Shown here in pieces: positions 27,361 through 42,813 of a stretch of 64,000 nt of DNA. Source of the DNA: Dictyostelium discoideum (Eukaryota). The DNA is taken from assembly GCA_000004695.1 (NCBI GenBank), contig CM000151.3:5600001-5664000 (forward strand), given 5' to 3'. Each line of letters starts with the position of its first letter. Positions within the stretch are counted from its first letter, which is position 1. The notes under the pieces were generated by a model that did not search any database, was not told where the DNA came from, and saw nothing but the letters and a program-made list of their open reading frames with translations. The position numbers were made by a program, and so were the translations under genes.

Positions 27361-30300
27361 TGATTTTGTTAAATCAAACCATTGTCTAAGTGTATCACTA
27401 AGAATTGAAGGAATATTATTTAATGATCTAAGAATAACATAATACATGAATGGGAATTCTGACATATAGTTTGTACGTTGAATTTTACCATTGTTGAAAG
27501 AAATAGACTAATAAAATTATTATAAAAAAAAAAAAAGATTAGTAATTTATTTTTAATTTTTTTTTTTCTTTTTTTTTTTTTAAAATATAAATTTTAAAAA
27601 ATAACTTACTTCAAAATCTAAAATACTATTATTATTAACTGGATTATCAATAACAATGAAAACAATGAAAACATTTTTAATAGAAGCTTCACGGAGATAT
27701 TTCTTTGTAGTTTCTGGATCACGTAAACTCCAACCATCGGAAACAATGAAAACCAATTGCATAGCTGGTTCACCAGAACTTGATTGTTTGTTCATATCCA
27801 TAATTTGGAGAGTTTTTGAAAGGAAGTTAACCATATTGGTTTTAGTTTGTTGGAATTTAAATTGTGTGATAATTTCAGGACCAGTTTGATCAGAGAAAAC
27901 TTGATCGAATGAATGAACCAATTGAACATCTTCACCAAATCTAACGATACCTAATTGACCAACTTCAAGACGTGACATTGCTCTTGAAATCATAGTCATA
28001 GCTTCCAATGCGAAACCACCACTATGATAGGCAGCCATTGATTCAGTATCATCGATTGCTAATAAAACTTGATATTGTCTCTTATTTGGTTTAGTACGTC
28101 TTAACCAGATCTTATCTTTCTTGAATTGGGAGGCAATGTATGGAATAACCTTCTTCATATTGATTCTTTTACCAGATTTGTAATCACCTTGTAATTTAGT
28201 TGCCAAAGTTGGTTCAAGGATAAGTCTTAATTGTTCACAAAGATCTTGAGAAAGGTCATTGGTGAGTTGTTCATATTTCTTCCATAACTCAGTACCAATC
28301 TCTGGATTACTAGAATTTTCAATTTTGTATTGCTCCAATTCTTGTCTCATTCTATCTAAATCTTCACGAGTTAGTTTCTTTTCTTCGACAGATTCTTCAT
28401 CATCTTGATCACCATCTTGTTCCATTTCTTGATCATCACCATCATCTAAAACTGCTTTTTCTTTATCAAGATTTGTAAGATTTTCTAATTGTTCCTTTGT
28501 GAATTGTTCTTTTTGATTTAAACCATCCAATTCATCATCTTGACCATCTTGTTGATCTTTTTCAAGTTTTTCTTTTTCTTTTTCTTTTTGTTGTTTCAAT
28601 TGATCTTGTTTCAATTTTGACATTGAAATCTTTTTATTTTCATCAAGTTGTTGTTTAGAATCATCTTGATGTTCAACCTCTTGTTTATGATCAACATCCA
28701 TATCATCCTCCTCATCGATATCCATTTGATCCTCTTCTTGTTCTGCTTGATCATCTTGGGCTTTATTTTGTGGAATATCTTGTAATTGAGTATCGGTGGC
28801 AGCGGCTAAAGCTTGATCGGTTTCTTCATCTTTATCAAGTTTTTCATCATCTTTAATGAATTCATAATCTTGATTTTCATTTTCTTTGGCGTTTGGATCT
28901 TGTTTTGGTGCTTTTTCTTTTGGTTCAGATGATTGTTCTTCCTCTTCTTCCTCTTGTTCTTGTTTAAGATTTAAACGTTTCTTCCACTCTTTATTTGCAT
29001 CACCCATTGATCTATATGGATTTGGATCTACTTGTTTTTGTTTCTTTGGTGGTTGTTGAGCACTTGATTGTGGTGGTGGTTGAGATTTAAGATTTTTAAG
29101 AGCACCTGTATCATTTTCGGATGGAGTTGGTTGAGTCATACCACTATCGTCATCAGCATTATCTTGATTGGATTCATCTTTCATCTCTTCATCAGTGTTT
29201 GAAACATTTGATTTACTACCAGTTTTATCTTTAACACCCAATGGTTGCTCTGAATCTTTTGGTGTTTCATCTTGTTGTTCATTTGTAGTTAGTGATGTTT
29301 GATCCTCTTCTGGTTGTTCTTTCTCTGGTTCGTCACCTTCAGGATTGATTGAATCAACATTTGATGGATCAATTGGTTGATTTTCTTTATCTTCTTTATC
29401 TTCATCTTCATCACCATCCTCTTTTTCTTCATCTTCTTTCTCTTCGTCACCATCTTGATCAGATTCCTCCTTTTCATCACCATCCAATTCTTTCTTTTTC
29501 TCTTCTTCTTTACTAACATCATCACCATCCATTTCATCCAAAGGATCTTTGAAATCGTCACCACCATCTTGTTGTTCATCATCTTCCTTACCTTCATCTG
29601 GATCTTCTAATTCTAAATCCTCAGGAATTTCCATTTGATCATCACCTCTTGGGTCACCATGATTTTCTTCTTTCTCTTGTTCTTGGTTGATAACATCATC
29701 CTCATTCTCTTCTTGACCGAAATCATCTTCATCACTTGCACCATCGTCAGCATTTTTATTATCATCTTTACCATCTTCCTCTTCATCATCTTTACCTTCT
29801 TCACCCTCTTCATTTTCATCTGGTTTACCATTTTCTTCTTTCTTTTTCTTTTTATCATCTTTCTTATCGTCATCTTTCTTATCGTCATCATTATCATCTT
29901 TACCATCTTGTTTGGCCATCATTTCTTCACTATTGGTTTCATCACCTTTACCTTCTTCATCTTGTTCTTCTTCATCTTGAACATCTTGTTCATCCCAAAG
30001 TTTTTCATCGACGACATTATCTTCTGGTTTTTCAAGGTCACCCATTTCTTTATCATTTTCTTTCTCATTGTTTGGATCATCTTTCTTATCTTCATCTTTA
30101 TTTTCATCTTTTTTAATATCGTGCATTTCACCCTCAAAGTCATCTTGCATATCGAAACCTTCATCTTCATCTTTCTCCTCCTTTTCTTCATCTTCATCTT
30201 CATCCTTTTCTTCCTTCTTTTGAGTGTTTGTATCTTCGATTTGACCTTGATCTTCAAGTTGATCACTAACATCCTTTTTACCTTTACCTTCACCCATACC

Positions 30301-33300
30301 AGTACCTTCAACATCATCTTCGAAATTTGATCTACCACCTTCACCACCTTCACCATCATCGCCACCATCGGCAGGTTTACAGAAACCTTTAGAGTAGAGT
30401 TGAATGAAAACACCAGTTGAAATGTATTCAAGTTTACAACATGTCTTATGATAAGATAAACTATCAACAATCGATTGATTTACAATTAACATGAATTGAG
30501 CTAATAATGGACCCATTTGTTTAATCATTTGTCTATAGATTGATAATGTTGAAACACTACCACCACCATCGACAATGATATTATGAAGTTTAACGAATTG
30601 TTCCAATAATTTTGATAATCTTAATGATTGAACTTGATGATCAATAAATTCACTTAATTTTGAAATACTACCATCTTCAATGGTATATTCTCTAACTTTT
30701 TCTAATTCTTGATCTAATTCTTCTTGTTCTTTATTATAAGCAATGATTTGATTTGATTGAATTTTCAAATCTTGAATTGAAATTAAAATTTGATCAATTA
30801 AAATACCAAATTGATTTGTAAATTCTTTAATATTATTTTGATTTTCAATATCATTATCATTAATTTCATTACCAACTAATTCTTCATATTCTGAATTAAA
30901 TTTATTAATTAATGAATCAATCTGTGAAAAAAAAAAAAAAATTAGTAAATTATTATTAATTATTATTATTTTTTTTTTTTAATACATTACATTATTAATT
31001 AAAATTTGAATTGGTGATTTAATATAATTAATATTTGATAATTTTGATAATAATAATTGATTTAATTTCTCTTTAATTTCTTTAAATTTAGTGAAAATTG
31101 AAATGATTAAATTAATTGTTGACCAAGTCATCATTGGATATTGATTATTAAGGAAAGAGAAGAGATTACGTAATTTAGATTGATGTTTATCAATTTCCGA
31201 TTTAATTGATTCAATGATAATTTGAATCGAACAAATTTCAGGAATAATAGTTGAAATCATACCACCACTAACAGCTGAAGTTGTTTTTCTACAAAGTAAT
31301 AAGATTTCTTTGATAGCTTGATTGAATTGATTTATTGATTCTCTTTGGATTTCAAACCATTTACTTAACATATTATGATTATTAAATATTTGTTCATCGA
31401 TTTCACTATTGCTACCACCACTACCACTAATATTTGTAAATAACTCAGTGAATAAAGTTAAATGATTCCAAGAATTAATTGAATCAATTAAATTATTTCT
31501 TTGATTAATAATTATTGATAAAAAGTGTTCAACATAACCATTAATTCTTTGAACATGTTTACTTGAGAGATCAGAATTATATTCAATTGATAATTGACGT
31601 AATCTATGAACTCTTGAAACGATACGATAATAGTATTGATCGGCTTGATCTAATAATTTAGCACCATTATCAGCGGTAATTTTAGAGAAGGAAGTTGGTA
31701 AATAACCTTGATTATCGGAAATGGTTGGTAAATGTCTAACATTGAAAAGATAAGAGATTTGTAATTGTTCTTGTGGATAACGATTGATATGATATGAAAG
31801 ACCCATCTCGTGGAATTTTGACATTAATTCTTTCAAAGCAAATTCTTTCTCTTGTCTCTTTATTTTTTCATCTGATGATAATTCTTTCAATCTATCAATG
31901 ATTTCAATTGAAAGATCATTGATGATATCAACACCATCTCTAACAACTTTCCAACTATCGGATTCTAAAAGATTCTCTTTACAAATTTGAATCATTCTCT
32001 TTGAAAGTAATGAAAGTTTATTTTGTGCCAATTTTTCATTTTCAATTTGGAATAGTTTCTTTAATAATGGTGATTCAATTTCAATTGGTTTTGAAATTGA
32101 ATCAATTGATTTTCTATCGATTGAATAATTACTTGGAGAGAATGATAACCAATCATTGAAATTTTCAATTGCTAATGATTTCTTTTGAATTTGTTTTTTG
32201 TTAAGTTTTTGATTCTTTTTTAATTTATCTTCTAAAATTGTAGCAGCACCAGAATGTAATACCAATGGTGGAATATCTAATTCATTTTCAATTTGAGTGA
32301 AAATATCATGTAATGGTTGAGCTAATACATTCTTATATTTAATGGTTACTTTTGCTAAATTTCTATGAGATACTTCAATATGTTGTTTTAAACGTTCATA
32401 TTGAGTTAACAATCTATTATCATCCCATCTTGAGAGTCTAATGAATTCTAAAGCTTTATCTTCGATTGGTTTAATTGATTTTGCTAAACGATCTTCAAAT
32501 CTTGAAATGAAATTCTCGAAATATTTGAAAATATTATAAATAATATCTGAAAGTTTTTGTTTATAATTTGTATTTTTAGAGGTACCAATTAATTTAATTG
32601 TTGAATTTAATTGTTTGTAGAAAGATTTCAATAATTCAATACGAGTGAGGAAATCACCTAAACTTGAAGAATAGAGATATTGTTGAAGTGTATGGAAATT
32701 CTTTGATAGATTTTCATCCTCCAATTCTGGTGATGATGGTTCATCATTAATTAAATCATAAAGAATGAACCAAGATTTCAATGCTTTTACCTCTGCTTCT
32801 TTCTCTTGTGATTGGAAAATTGATGGCCATGATTCAATTTCTAATTTTCTCCAACGTACAATTAATGAAGAAATTTCATTCAAATGATTTTGAATTGATA
32901 CTGCTTTACTTGCAAATGATTCCCATTCTAAAGATTTACGTAAGAGTAATTCTAAACCAGTTAAAATCTTTGCTAATGGATCAGTTGCTGGATAGGTCAT
33001 TAAACGATCAATTAATTTAACCATAAGGGTAAGATTTGCTTGTTCAGGATATTCAACCAATAATTCGAATACTCTCTTTCTAAATGAAATTAATGGTTCA
33101 CGAATAATTCCAATTTCAGAGATATTTGAATCACGATAAATGTTGTAGGTCTTCTTTTGGTGAATTACATCCACGACTTGATTATCACCATCATCATCAT
33201 TGATACCTTTAGATTTCTTGTAGAGATAAGAACTTGTTTTTAAGAATCTAAACTTTTCATCCAATTTACTATAGGTAATTAATGATGGTGGACGAATTGA

Positions 33301-36300
33301 GAGTGTTTCTTTAAGATTTGATGCAGATAAAATATGTGAACCCAATGATAATTGATCGAATTCCATATCACCTGATCTTTGATTTAAAATTTTCATTAAA
33401 AGGTAACTACTTGAATAAAACAATTGGAATAATTCAGATCTGTCTCTATCACTAAGTGTCCATTGTTGTTGTTCTTTTGGAATTGGAATACCATCTAAAT
33501 GTTTAAAGATATCCCTATGAATTGAGCATAATTGTAAAATCTCTTCATTATTAATTGATGATTTGAAAAACATTGAACCATCTTCTGATGTTAAAACATT
33601 TGATTCATTATTCTCTTTATCTTTGTTTTCTTCATCATTATCATCATCAATTTGATTCTCAACAACATTTGCAACTTCTAAATCTTCAAAATCTTTATAG
33701 AAATTTGGGAATGAAGTTAAGAAAACTTTTTCATCCTTTTCTTCCTTAGTTTCCATCTTATGAGTTTGAACTTTATATTTAAATTCTTGGTTCTCTAATT
33801 CTTCTTTCTTTCTTTTCTCTTCTTCTTGGAATCTCCATTCTTGAACAAAGATTCTAAATATTGAATCGATAGCTTCTAAATTATCAACATCTAAATAATT
33901 TGAATTTGAAAGTTGACTATAAATTTGACAAAGTGATGAACGTAATAATAATCCAATTACTTTAAAGTTTTGTAAACCACCATTACAATTATCTTGATTA
34001 GTTCTTTGATTAAATTTCATCATATCTTTAATTGAATCTAATGTTAATTTATCTAATAATATATTATTTGATGTGGTGTTGGTGGTGGTAGTAGCGGTAG
34101 TAGTAGTAGAAGTTGTAGTTATTTTAGAATTTATATCAACACTATTAATTCTTGGGAATTGAGTTAATGATAATAAAACTTTTTGAATTTGTTTTGTTAT
34201 ACCCTGATTACCACCTAATTTATTATCTTGAACTTTTTGTTTAAATGAAACTGACATCATTCTTAAACCAGATTTCATTTGATAAACAGCAGTAATAATT
34301 GGTACAATAATATCACGATATCTTGAATAGAATTTCTTTTCACAAGATTGAATGAAATGATTTGCTTTCTCTTGCCACATTTGTTCAGTTGATAATATCA
34401 TTTGATTGTATGATGAATTTGCAGAAGTGTTATTTTCTTGTTGTTGTTGATTATCACCTCCTTCTGATTCAACTTCTAAATTAAATTCATTTTTAACTTG
34501 AGATAAATCTAATTTTGAAATTAAGTCAATGATTTTTTCAATATTTGAAAAATGATTTGAAAATTGTGAAACATCACGATATAACTCTTCAAATTGTGAT
34601 GGAATTGGACGAAGTGTAATCTTTTTAGAATCTAATGCTAATTTCTGATCGATTGATTGTTTCTTTTGTACCAATTCATCAATTACTAAACTTGTACCAT
34701 CTTTACCAGTATATTGTTTTTCAATAATTGTTCTAATTTCAATTTCATCTTGTAATTGTTTTGAATGTTCTTTAGAGTATTGTAAAATAACATCATACTT
34801 TTGAGTTGGATCGATTGAACCTGATGGAACAAACATAATTAATCTAAATGTATTCAATAATAATTGAAGTCTACCAAATGTTGATTGTAATTTTAATTCA
34901 TCTTTATATAATACTTTATCATCTAAACATAATAAAATATCAAGACATGGTAATAAAAGTTGTTTTGATTTTTCATTAAATGATTTATCATTTGATTGAA
35001 TTATTAATTCTTTAATATTTTCAATTAATTCATCAAAACCTATATCTAATATTTCCAAGGATGACGATGATGATAATAAATGTTCACCAATTAAAGCAAC
35101 ATTTGACAAAAGTTGATGTTTTTTATGTTCATCATTATTAAATGATTTATAGAAACTTGTAATTGTTGATAATAATAAAGCTATTGTTTGTTTAATTTGA
35201 TATTCAAAAGATTCAATATTTGAAACATTTGAAGAACCATCAGCACTTGTTAAATGTTGAATGATTTGATTCAATTGTTCAATCTTGACTGGTACATCAG
35301 CAATACTAACATATTCCCAATCACATGTAAGATAGAAAGAGAATACAGTTTGAATATTTTGGAATAAACGTGGTGGACCATATCCAAATCTAATTGAATC
35401 ATAAATATTAACTTTACTACTACCATTATCGAGTGAAGCTGCGGCATCATTCTTTGATAATCTATATTTGTATTGTGGTAATGAATATTTACCAACATGT
35501 GAAATATCATTGAATGCATTATTCCATTGACTTGAATTATAAACATAAAGAATTGAATGAATAACTGATTGGAGTTCAATTATACCAATAGAAGCTTGTT
35601 CTTGCTCTTGTCCTTGTTCATCTTTTTCTTGGTTAGTTGTAACTTTTTCTAAATAATTATCAATCATCCAAATTAATTTTTGATAAAATGCTAAATGATA
35701 TAATGATCTTGGTATAGTTGATGATTTATATTTGTTTACGATATATTTTAATTCATCAATTATTGATTCAAATATGGTAATGATTGATTGATTCATTTTA
35801 CCATTTTCAATATCCATATGTTGTAACATTAATAATTTAACCAATTCAGAGATTACAAAAGTTTCTTTCAAATGAAGTGAATGATCAATTAATGGAGAGA
35901 TTGAAATGACTTGATGTTTAATTGATAATGGATCGAAATGAATTGATGTTGCATCACTAATCATAGAGTCATTTGAAATATCACTATTATCAAAATTTGT
36001 TGAAACTGGATTAAATGTTGAATTTAATTCAAATTGTTTTTGTTTTTCAATTAATTGTTTTAATTTATCGGATAAAGTTTGTGGTACCAATTCTAAGTTT
36101 GTAAGGAATTCACTAACACGATCCAACTCTTGTTGTTGTTGTTCTTGATTTTGATTATCAGAATTTAATTGATAATTTGCCCAATATAAAGTTGAAATTG
36201 CTTCAATTAAAGTTTTCTTCCAATCTTCATCGATTGCATAACTAGAATGTTTAATTGGTGATTCATTCTTGTTGAAATTGTATTGAACCTTTTCAAGAAT

Positions 36301-39300
36301 ACTAAGGAATTGACTATCCAATTGAACCAAATGATTTGATTTCATTACCATTGGATAACCACCAACTTTCCATAAACGATTATTTGAATTATCATTATTA
36401 TATTGATTTAATCCACTTGAGATCTTATCAATTAAAACTTGTAAACCAGTATTAATTAATAATGGTGATTCTGATTTTGATGTTAATGTTGTTAACTTAT
36501 TAATCTCTTTATAAATCCATCTCCAACGAATTATAAATTCACCCAAATTAAATTGATTTGATGGTAAATTAAATGTTGAATTCCAGAAATTATTTTTTAA
36601 TAAAATTAATTGATTAATAATTTGAATAGTTGAAAAAGTTGATTGTTGTTGCTCTGATGATGATAATTGAATTAACCATTGATCAATTTGTTCATCTAAT
36701 GATTTGAAAAGACGATAAATCATTGAAATAATATCTTGATGTGGTAATAAATCTTTACTCATCATTTTCTTTGTATAAGCTAATGATAATAAAATTACAG
36801 GTATTGATTTAATTGATTTAACTGAAAGTTGTTGACTTGCATTACCTTGTTGAACTTGTTTTAAGAATTTATTATATTCTTTCTCTTGTTTTGAACTTTG
36901 AATGAATAATGATAATAAAGATTTAATAATTTCCATATCATTTAATAAAACTTGATTAAATAAATCTTTAATTGGAATCATTGATTCAGAGCCGCCTGCT
37001 TCTTTAGTAATATAATTATCAACTTTTTCTTTAATTAATAAAAATAATGAATCATTATTTTTCCATTGATGACCTTGATAAATTAATAATTGTTTTGAAT
37101 CAATGAATGATAAATTAATCATTGATAGTAATTGTTCTAATCTTTTTTCAAAATCTTTATAACATGTATGATTGAATAATTGTTTCATACATGATATTAA
37201 TGTTGTTAATAATTGATTAATTGGTGAATCTTTTTCATTTTGATCCTTTAATGAATTTAAATATAAAACATAATTTTCATATTGTGATGAATTAATATTT
37301 TCAATTAGGAATTTTGCTGAAATCTTATAATTTGATTCATCTTGTTGTTGTTGTTGTGATGATGATGATGAAGATGATGATAAAGAATTCATTAATCTCT
37401 TTAAATAATATTCAAAGAATTGATAATTCATTTTCATTGTTGTTGAAATTGAATCAGTAACATAATCTTTACCTTTGATAAAGTGTGGATATATACCTAA
37501 AACTGTTTGATCTTCACATAGGATTGATTTGATTGCAGATTCATTGAAAATTGAATTAAAGATATTTGTAACCAATTGACGTTGAGTTAAATGTCTACGT
37601 GGACGAATGTAAATTTGTTCCATTGAATTACGAATTGAATTTAATAGTGAAAAACCTCTTTGTAATTGATCAAGTATTAATTTACCCCAATATAATAATT
37701 GTGAGAGTGTACATGGATTTTCAATTGTTGATGAAAGTTGAGTGAAAATTTGATTATGGAAATCAATCATTGTACGAGTTAAACTTTCCAATGGAATACC
37801 TAATGCAGTTAACAATTGTTGATTATCAAAATTATTTGATGGAGTTTCCATCAATGATAATTGGTCGGCTGCCATATAAATTTCAATACCACGATTTCTC
37901 ATAGCACGTGAAATCTCACCTTTTTTATCATCCATAGTTAAAAAGATACGGAAATTTGGATGTGGTTTAACAACTTTAACTTGACCATCAACCATACCAC
38001 GTTCGTTTAACATTAAAACACCGTCTTGTTCCAATAATGGATTCAAACGATCCAATACTGTTGGATTACAGAAATTAACATTATCAATTAATATCCATGC
38101 ACCAGTTTCCAATGCTTTAATTAATAAACCATCAATCCATTCAAAACAACCTGTAACACTTTCTTTTTCAATTGATTTAATACGTTGAATTTGTTGTCTA
38201 ACATCTTGAATTCTATTTAAATGCTCTTGATTATTATCTAAATTAAATTGAATTGATAATTTCTCCAATGCATCAACAATTGTTGATAAAAGATCCAATT
38301 GTTCAATTGTAATTAAACCAACACCACCACTACCAATGGTTGCACCATCTTGTTGAATTTGTTGTTGAGTTTGTTGAGTTTGTTTTTTAAATAAATTCCA
38401 AACTTGATGAATATCTTGAATTGATGAAATACAAGTTTTCATTAAATTATCATCATTTGAGTTAAAGTAAGTCATAATATGAGATGATACAATTGTGATT
38501 AATGATGATACTGATGATATGATACGTTTTTGATAACGTACTAAATCAATTTGTTCAAAACCACCTAAAATCTCTGTTGTATCAACTGATGAATTCATAG
38601 AGAATTCATAGAGTGTATTACCAGTTAATTGAGCTAATAAACGAATGGATGAAGTTTTTGAAGTTGATGTTGGACCAATTAAAATACTCATCCAATTCAT
38701 TTCAATACATTTCATAATATTCTCTAATGGATTTAATAAACGTTGAAGTAATTGAATATTTGATGAATTATCTAGTACACTACTATCAAATGATGATGCA
38801 CCACCATTTTGGACTCTTGGTAAAATTGATGAACCAATTTGTAAATATTCTGGTGAAATTGAGTAATGTGGTTGTTTATCGTAATTACAAATTGTTGGCA
38901 TCATATCAATAGATTGATCATTTTCATCACCACTGGTGGTGAAAACTCTTTTAAAAATTGTTAAAACATGTTCACGATCTTGAAGTGTTCTCATTCTTTG
39001 AAGATAGATTAAGTCAATGAATCTGGCAGGATTTGAAATTGATGTTGGATCTTTAACTATTAAATCACACCATCTAAAAGTATCACGAAGATTGAATTCC
39101 CATGGTGCACCTTTACGTGCAAATTTATGTTCAATCATTGATTCTTTAAACATTTGATGATTAAATTCAATCATACGTTCAATGGTTTTTGATGGTATAG
39201 TTGGATACATTGCTGTACTGATGAATAGAAGATCTTGTTGATTCAATTGGTCAATGAATACTTGAGTGAAACGATTAAGGAATGACTTTGGTAACCCTTT

Positions 39301-42300
39301 ACGACCACCACCTTGATGAAGTGGATTTTGGCAAGCGAAAACACGGAAATTTGGATGACATGCAAATGTTTTACCCAATTCTGGAATGTAAACTTCTGAA
39401 CGATGATCTAAACAAGAATTTAAACCCTCCAAAACGGTTTGTGATGCAAGATTTAATTCATCCAATAATACCCAACTACCATTACGTAATGCCTCTAAGA
39501 AAACACCATCTCTCCATTCAAATTGACCACCTGTACCACCTTCAACTGGTAAATCACTACCTAAAAGATCCATAATATCAGTTTGCTCTGAAAGATTAAT
39601 ACGAACGATTTGATTTCCCGATGCATTTGCAATAGCTGTAATCAATGAAGTTTTACCAACACCTGGTGAACCTTCCACTAAAATAGCACGTGGTAATTGC
39701 ATACCTCTAAGAACACGTTGTGCATTCTTACTAGTTGTTGGTGCTGATAAACTAAATTGAATCTTTGGTACATTTGATTCACGTACTGGAATATAAAATG
39801 GATGAATACCAAATCTATTCTCTTCTTTAATAATATTAGCAATTGATGATGACAATGATGATGATGATGATGATGTTGATAATAATTCTGTTTGTAATTT
39901 TAATTTCTCATCTTGTGATTCAATTTGATCAATTAAACGAATTAAACATGCCTCACGTAATTTTAAACCTTCACTTTCAGATGAAGAATTTGAACCCATA
40001 CCAAAACCATCTAATAATACTAAACAAGCACCATGAATATAAGATTCATTTGGTGAGAGTAATTGTTTATCCATACATAAATTCATAAAACTAATCCAAG
40101 ATAGAATATCACGTAAACTAATTACACGTTTATTCTTTTGAATCATTAATAGATATTCGATAAAGTTTAACATTAAACTACCTTTACCCTTTAATTGAGG
40201 ACTTGTGAATCTTTCTTCAATAATTTGTAATAAATCTTGATGACTACTAATTGCAGGTACCCAAATCTCAGTGAAACGATTTCTCATAGCTGGTGAAAGT
40301 TCTTTCTTACCAAAATCACCACCTGGATTCATTGTTGCTAAAATTCTAAACTCTTTATGACCTCTTAATTCTTCGATTTCGACACCACCTTTTTCAGCCA
40401 ATACTAATAATCTACTTGGTTCTAAAACTGAATTTAATCTTTCTAAAACTGCATCCTCTGCTAATGAAATTTCATCAATTAAGAAATAATCACCTTGCTT
40501 CATTGCTTCAACCAATGGGCCATCAACCCAATTAAATAATGAACAATAGGAACTATAAGTTTTATCGATTTCAATAGCTAATTGTTTCAATTGTTCAGTT
40601 AATAATGATGAATTTGAAACTTGTTTCCATGACTCAACAATTAATCTCTCCATAATCTCTTTAATTGGTAATTCATCGATGTTGTTATTCTCTTGTTCAA
40701 GTTTATATAGATTTAATTGAGATAATTGATTAAAATATTGTTTAACTAATGAATATAATTTTGATAAAACTTGATCACGACCTCTAACTGGACGCAAACC
40801 ACCAATGAAATCAGCAGTTTCAGTATGTTGATGACAATTGAGTATATGAAGTTTTTGTTTATTTAAAATTGAATATAATTGACAAATTGTAGTTTTAGAA
40901 CAACCAGTTTCACCAACTAATAAAATTGGTTCTTTATGTTCCAAACATTTACCAACCAAACTAAACAAACGTTTCATTGATCTTGTCCAAACGATTTTCT
41001 CTAAATGATTTGATTTTGATAATTCTGAATCATTCTCACTTAATAATTGTAAAAGTTTTAAAAACTCTGGTTTATCATCACATGAATAGATAGATTCGAT
41101 ATCTAATTTAATCTTTAAATGTTTTTCAATCACTTGTTTAATTATTAATTTCTCTTCATCTTTTCTTAAACGTTCAGCCAAGAGTTGGTAACCTGCAATA
41201 CCCAATTCTTCATAGGATGAAGGTTGACGTTCTGCCCAACGGAACAAATCACGGAATGTGATTGCACCATGTTTACCTGCGAAAACTTGGTTACTACCTT
41301 GTCTATTCAATTGAAGTTCTTTCATAATTAATACTAATTTCTTGCAATAGGATGGTGGTAATGCGCAACGTTTACAAAGAATCTCTTCAAGTTCATCCTC
41401 TGGAATATCGTCTACGTGTAATTCTAAGAAACGATTTCTAAAAGCACGTGATAACACTTTTCTACCACCATAAAGACCTGGTGGATTTTGAGTTGCGAAT
41501 AACATAAAGTGTGGATGTGGTCTAACGACTTCTTGAGTCTCTGGAATGAAAAGCTCTCTATTGTCATCCAATAGACGATTTAATGCCTCCAATACTTCAG
41601 ATGGTGCTAAATTCAACTCGTCCAATACTACCCAATAACCTTTACGTACTGCTTCCACTAAAATACCCTCTTGGAATACAAGTTTACCCTTATCATCACT
41701 TATATATTGACCAAGATATTCTTGAAGATCGGTATGTTCATGATTATTGATACGAATGAATCTATGACCAGTTCTAATTGCTAAATATTCAACCATTGAA
41801 GTTTTACCACTACTAGTTGGACCTTGTAAAAGTATTGGATGTTTACGTGATACCAATACTCTTGCAATATTTGAAAGATTAGATTTAATACTTGGTGTTA
41901 AAATATAATGAGTTGGTATAATTGGTTTCTCATTACCACATTCAATCCAAAACTGTTCAATTTTTACATAACTCTCTTCTGCGTTATTATTATTATTATT
42001 TGTTGTTGATGTTGGTGGTGGTCTATTTAATGGTTGATTATAAAGTTTAACTTCACCTTTTTTTATATATTGTTTAATTAATTGTTCCATCATTGGATAA
42101 GATGATTTATTTAATTGAGTAAGGAAACTCATACTTATACCTTCGAAAAGTGCACGTTGGAAACCAAATGATTTTGTAACATGTTTTGTATAATTCAATG
42201 CACGACTAAGTGTACGTAATGAAAAGATTGGTTTTTGATTTGACCCATCCAACATCTTATTTTGAGCGTCTTGTTTAGTTTTTAAATAAAATTCAACGAT

Positions 42301-42757
42301 ATCTTCAATTGGTGGATTTGGTACTAAATTTGATAAAACTGTTTTCACTACTAAACATAAATCACCCCTATTATCCAAATCATCGACATAGTACTCTGTG
42401 AATCTATTACGAATACCAGGTGGAAGATCCTTTTTACCAATATCAGTTGGAGGATTCATACATGCGAAAACCTTAAAATTTGGATGTCTTTCAACTGGTT
42501 CAACTTCACCTTTCTCTGTTAAAGTAATTGAACCACCATCGAATAAACCACTTAAACTCTCTAAAGTTTCTGAAGTTGCTAAATTCATTTCATCTAATAA
42601 TACCCAATAACCTTTACGAATACAATTTACTAATGAACCTTCAACAAAACTAAATGCAAAATTATTTTTTGATTTTTCAAATTGAATTGTTAATTTCTTT
42701 ATATCATTTGATAATTTTATCCATTTTTCTTTAACTTCACTTCTAATTGTACGTTTC

Positions 42758-42813
<56 letters not shown>

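Noticed and set aside
29289-30470. Cluster of ORFs inside the midasin D/E-rich coding region: 29289..29597-, 29377..29610+, 29613..29906-, 29635..30330+, 29736..30116+ and 29919..30470-.
   Set aside because: These are alternative-frame readings of the GA/AAG-rich acidic-domain coding sequence (poly-K/M/F artefacts). The genuine frame is the midasin frame.
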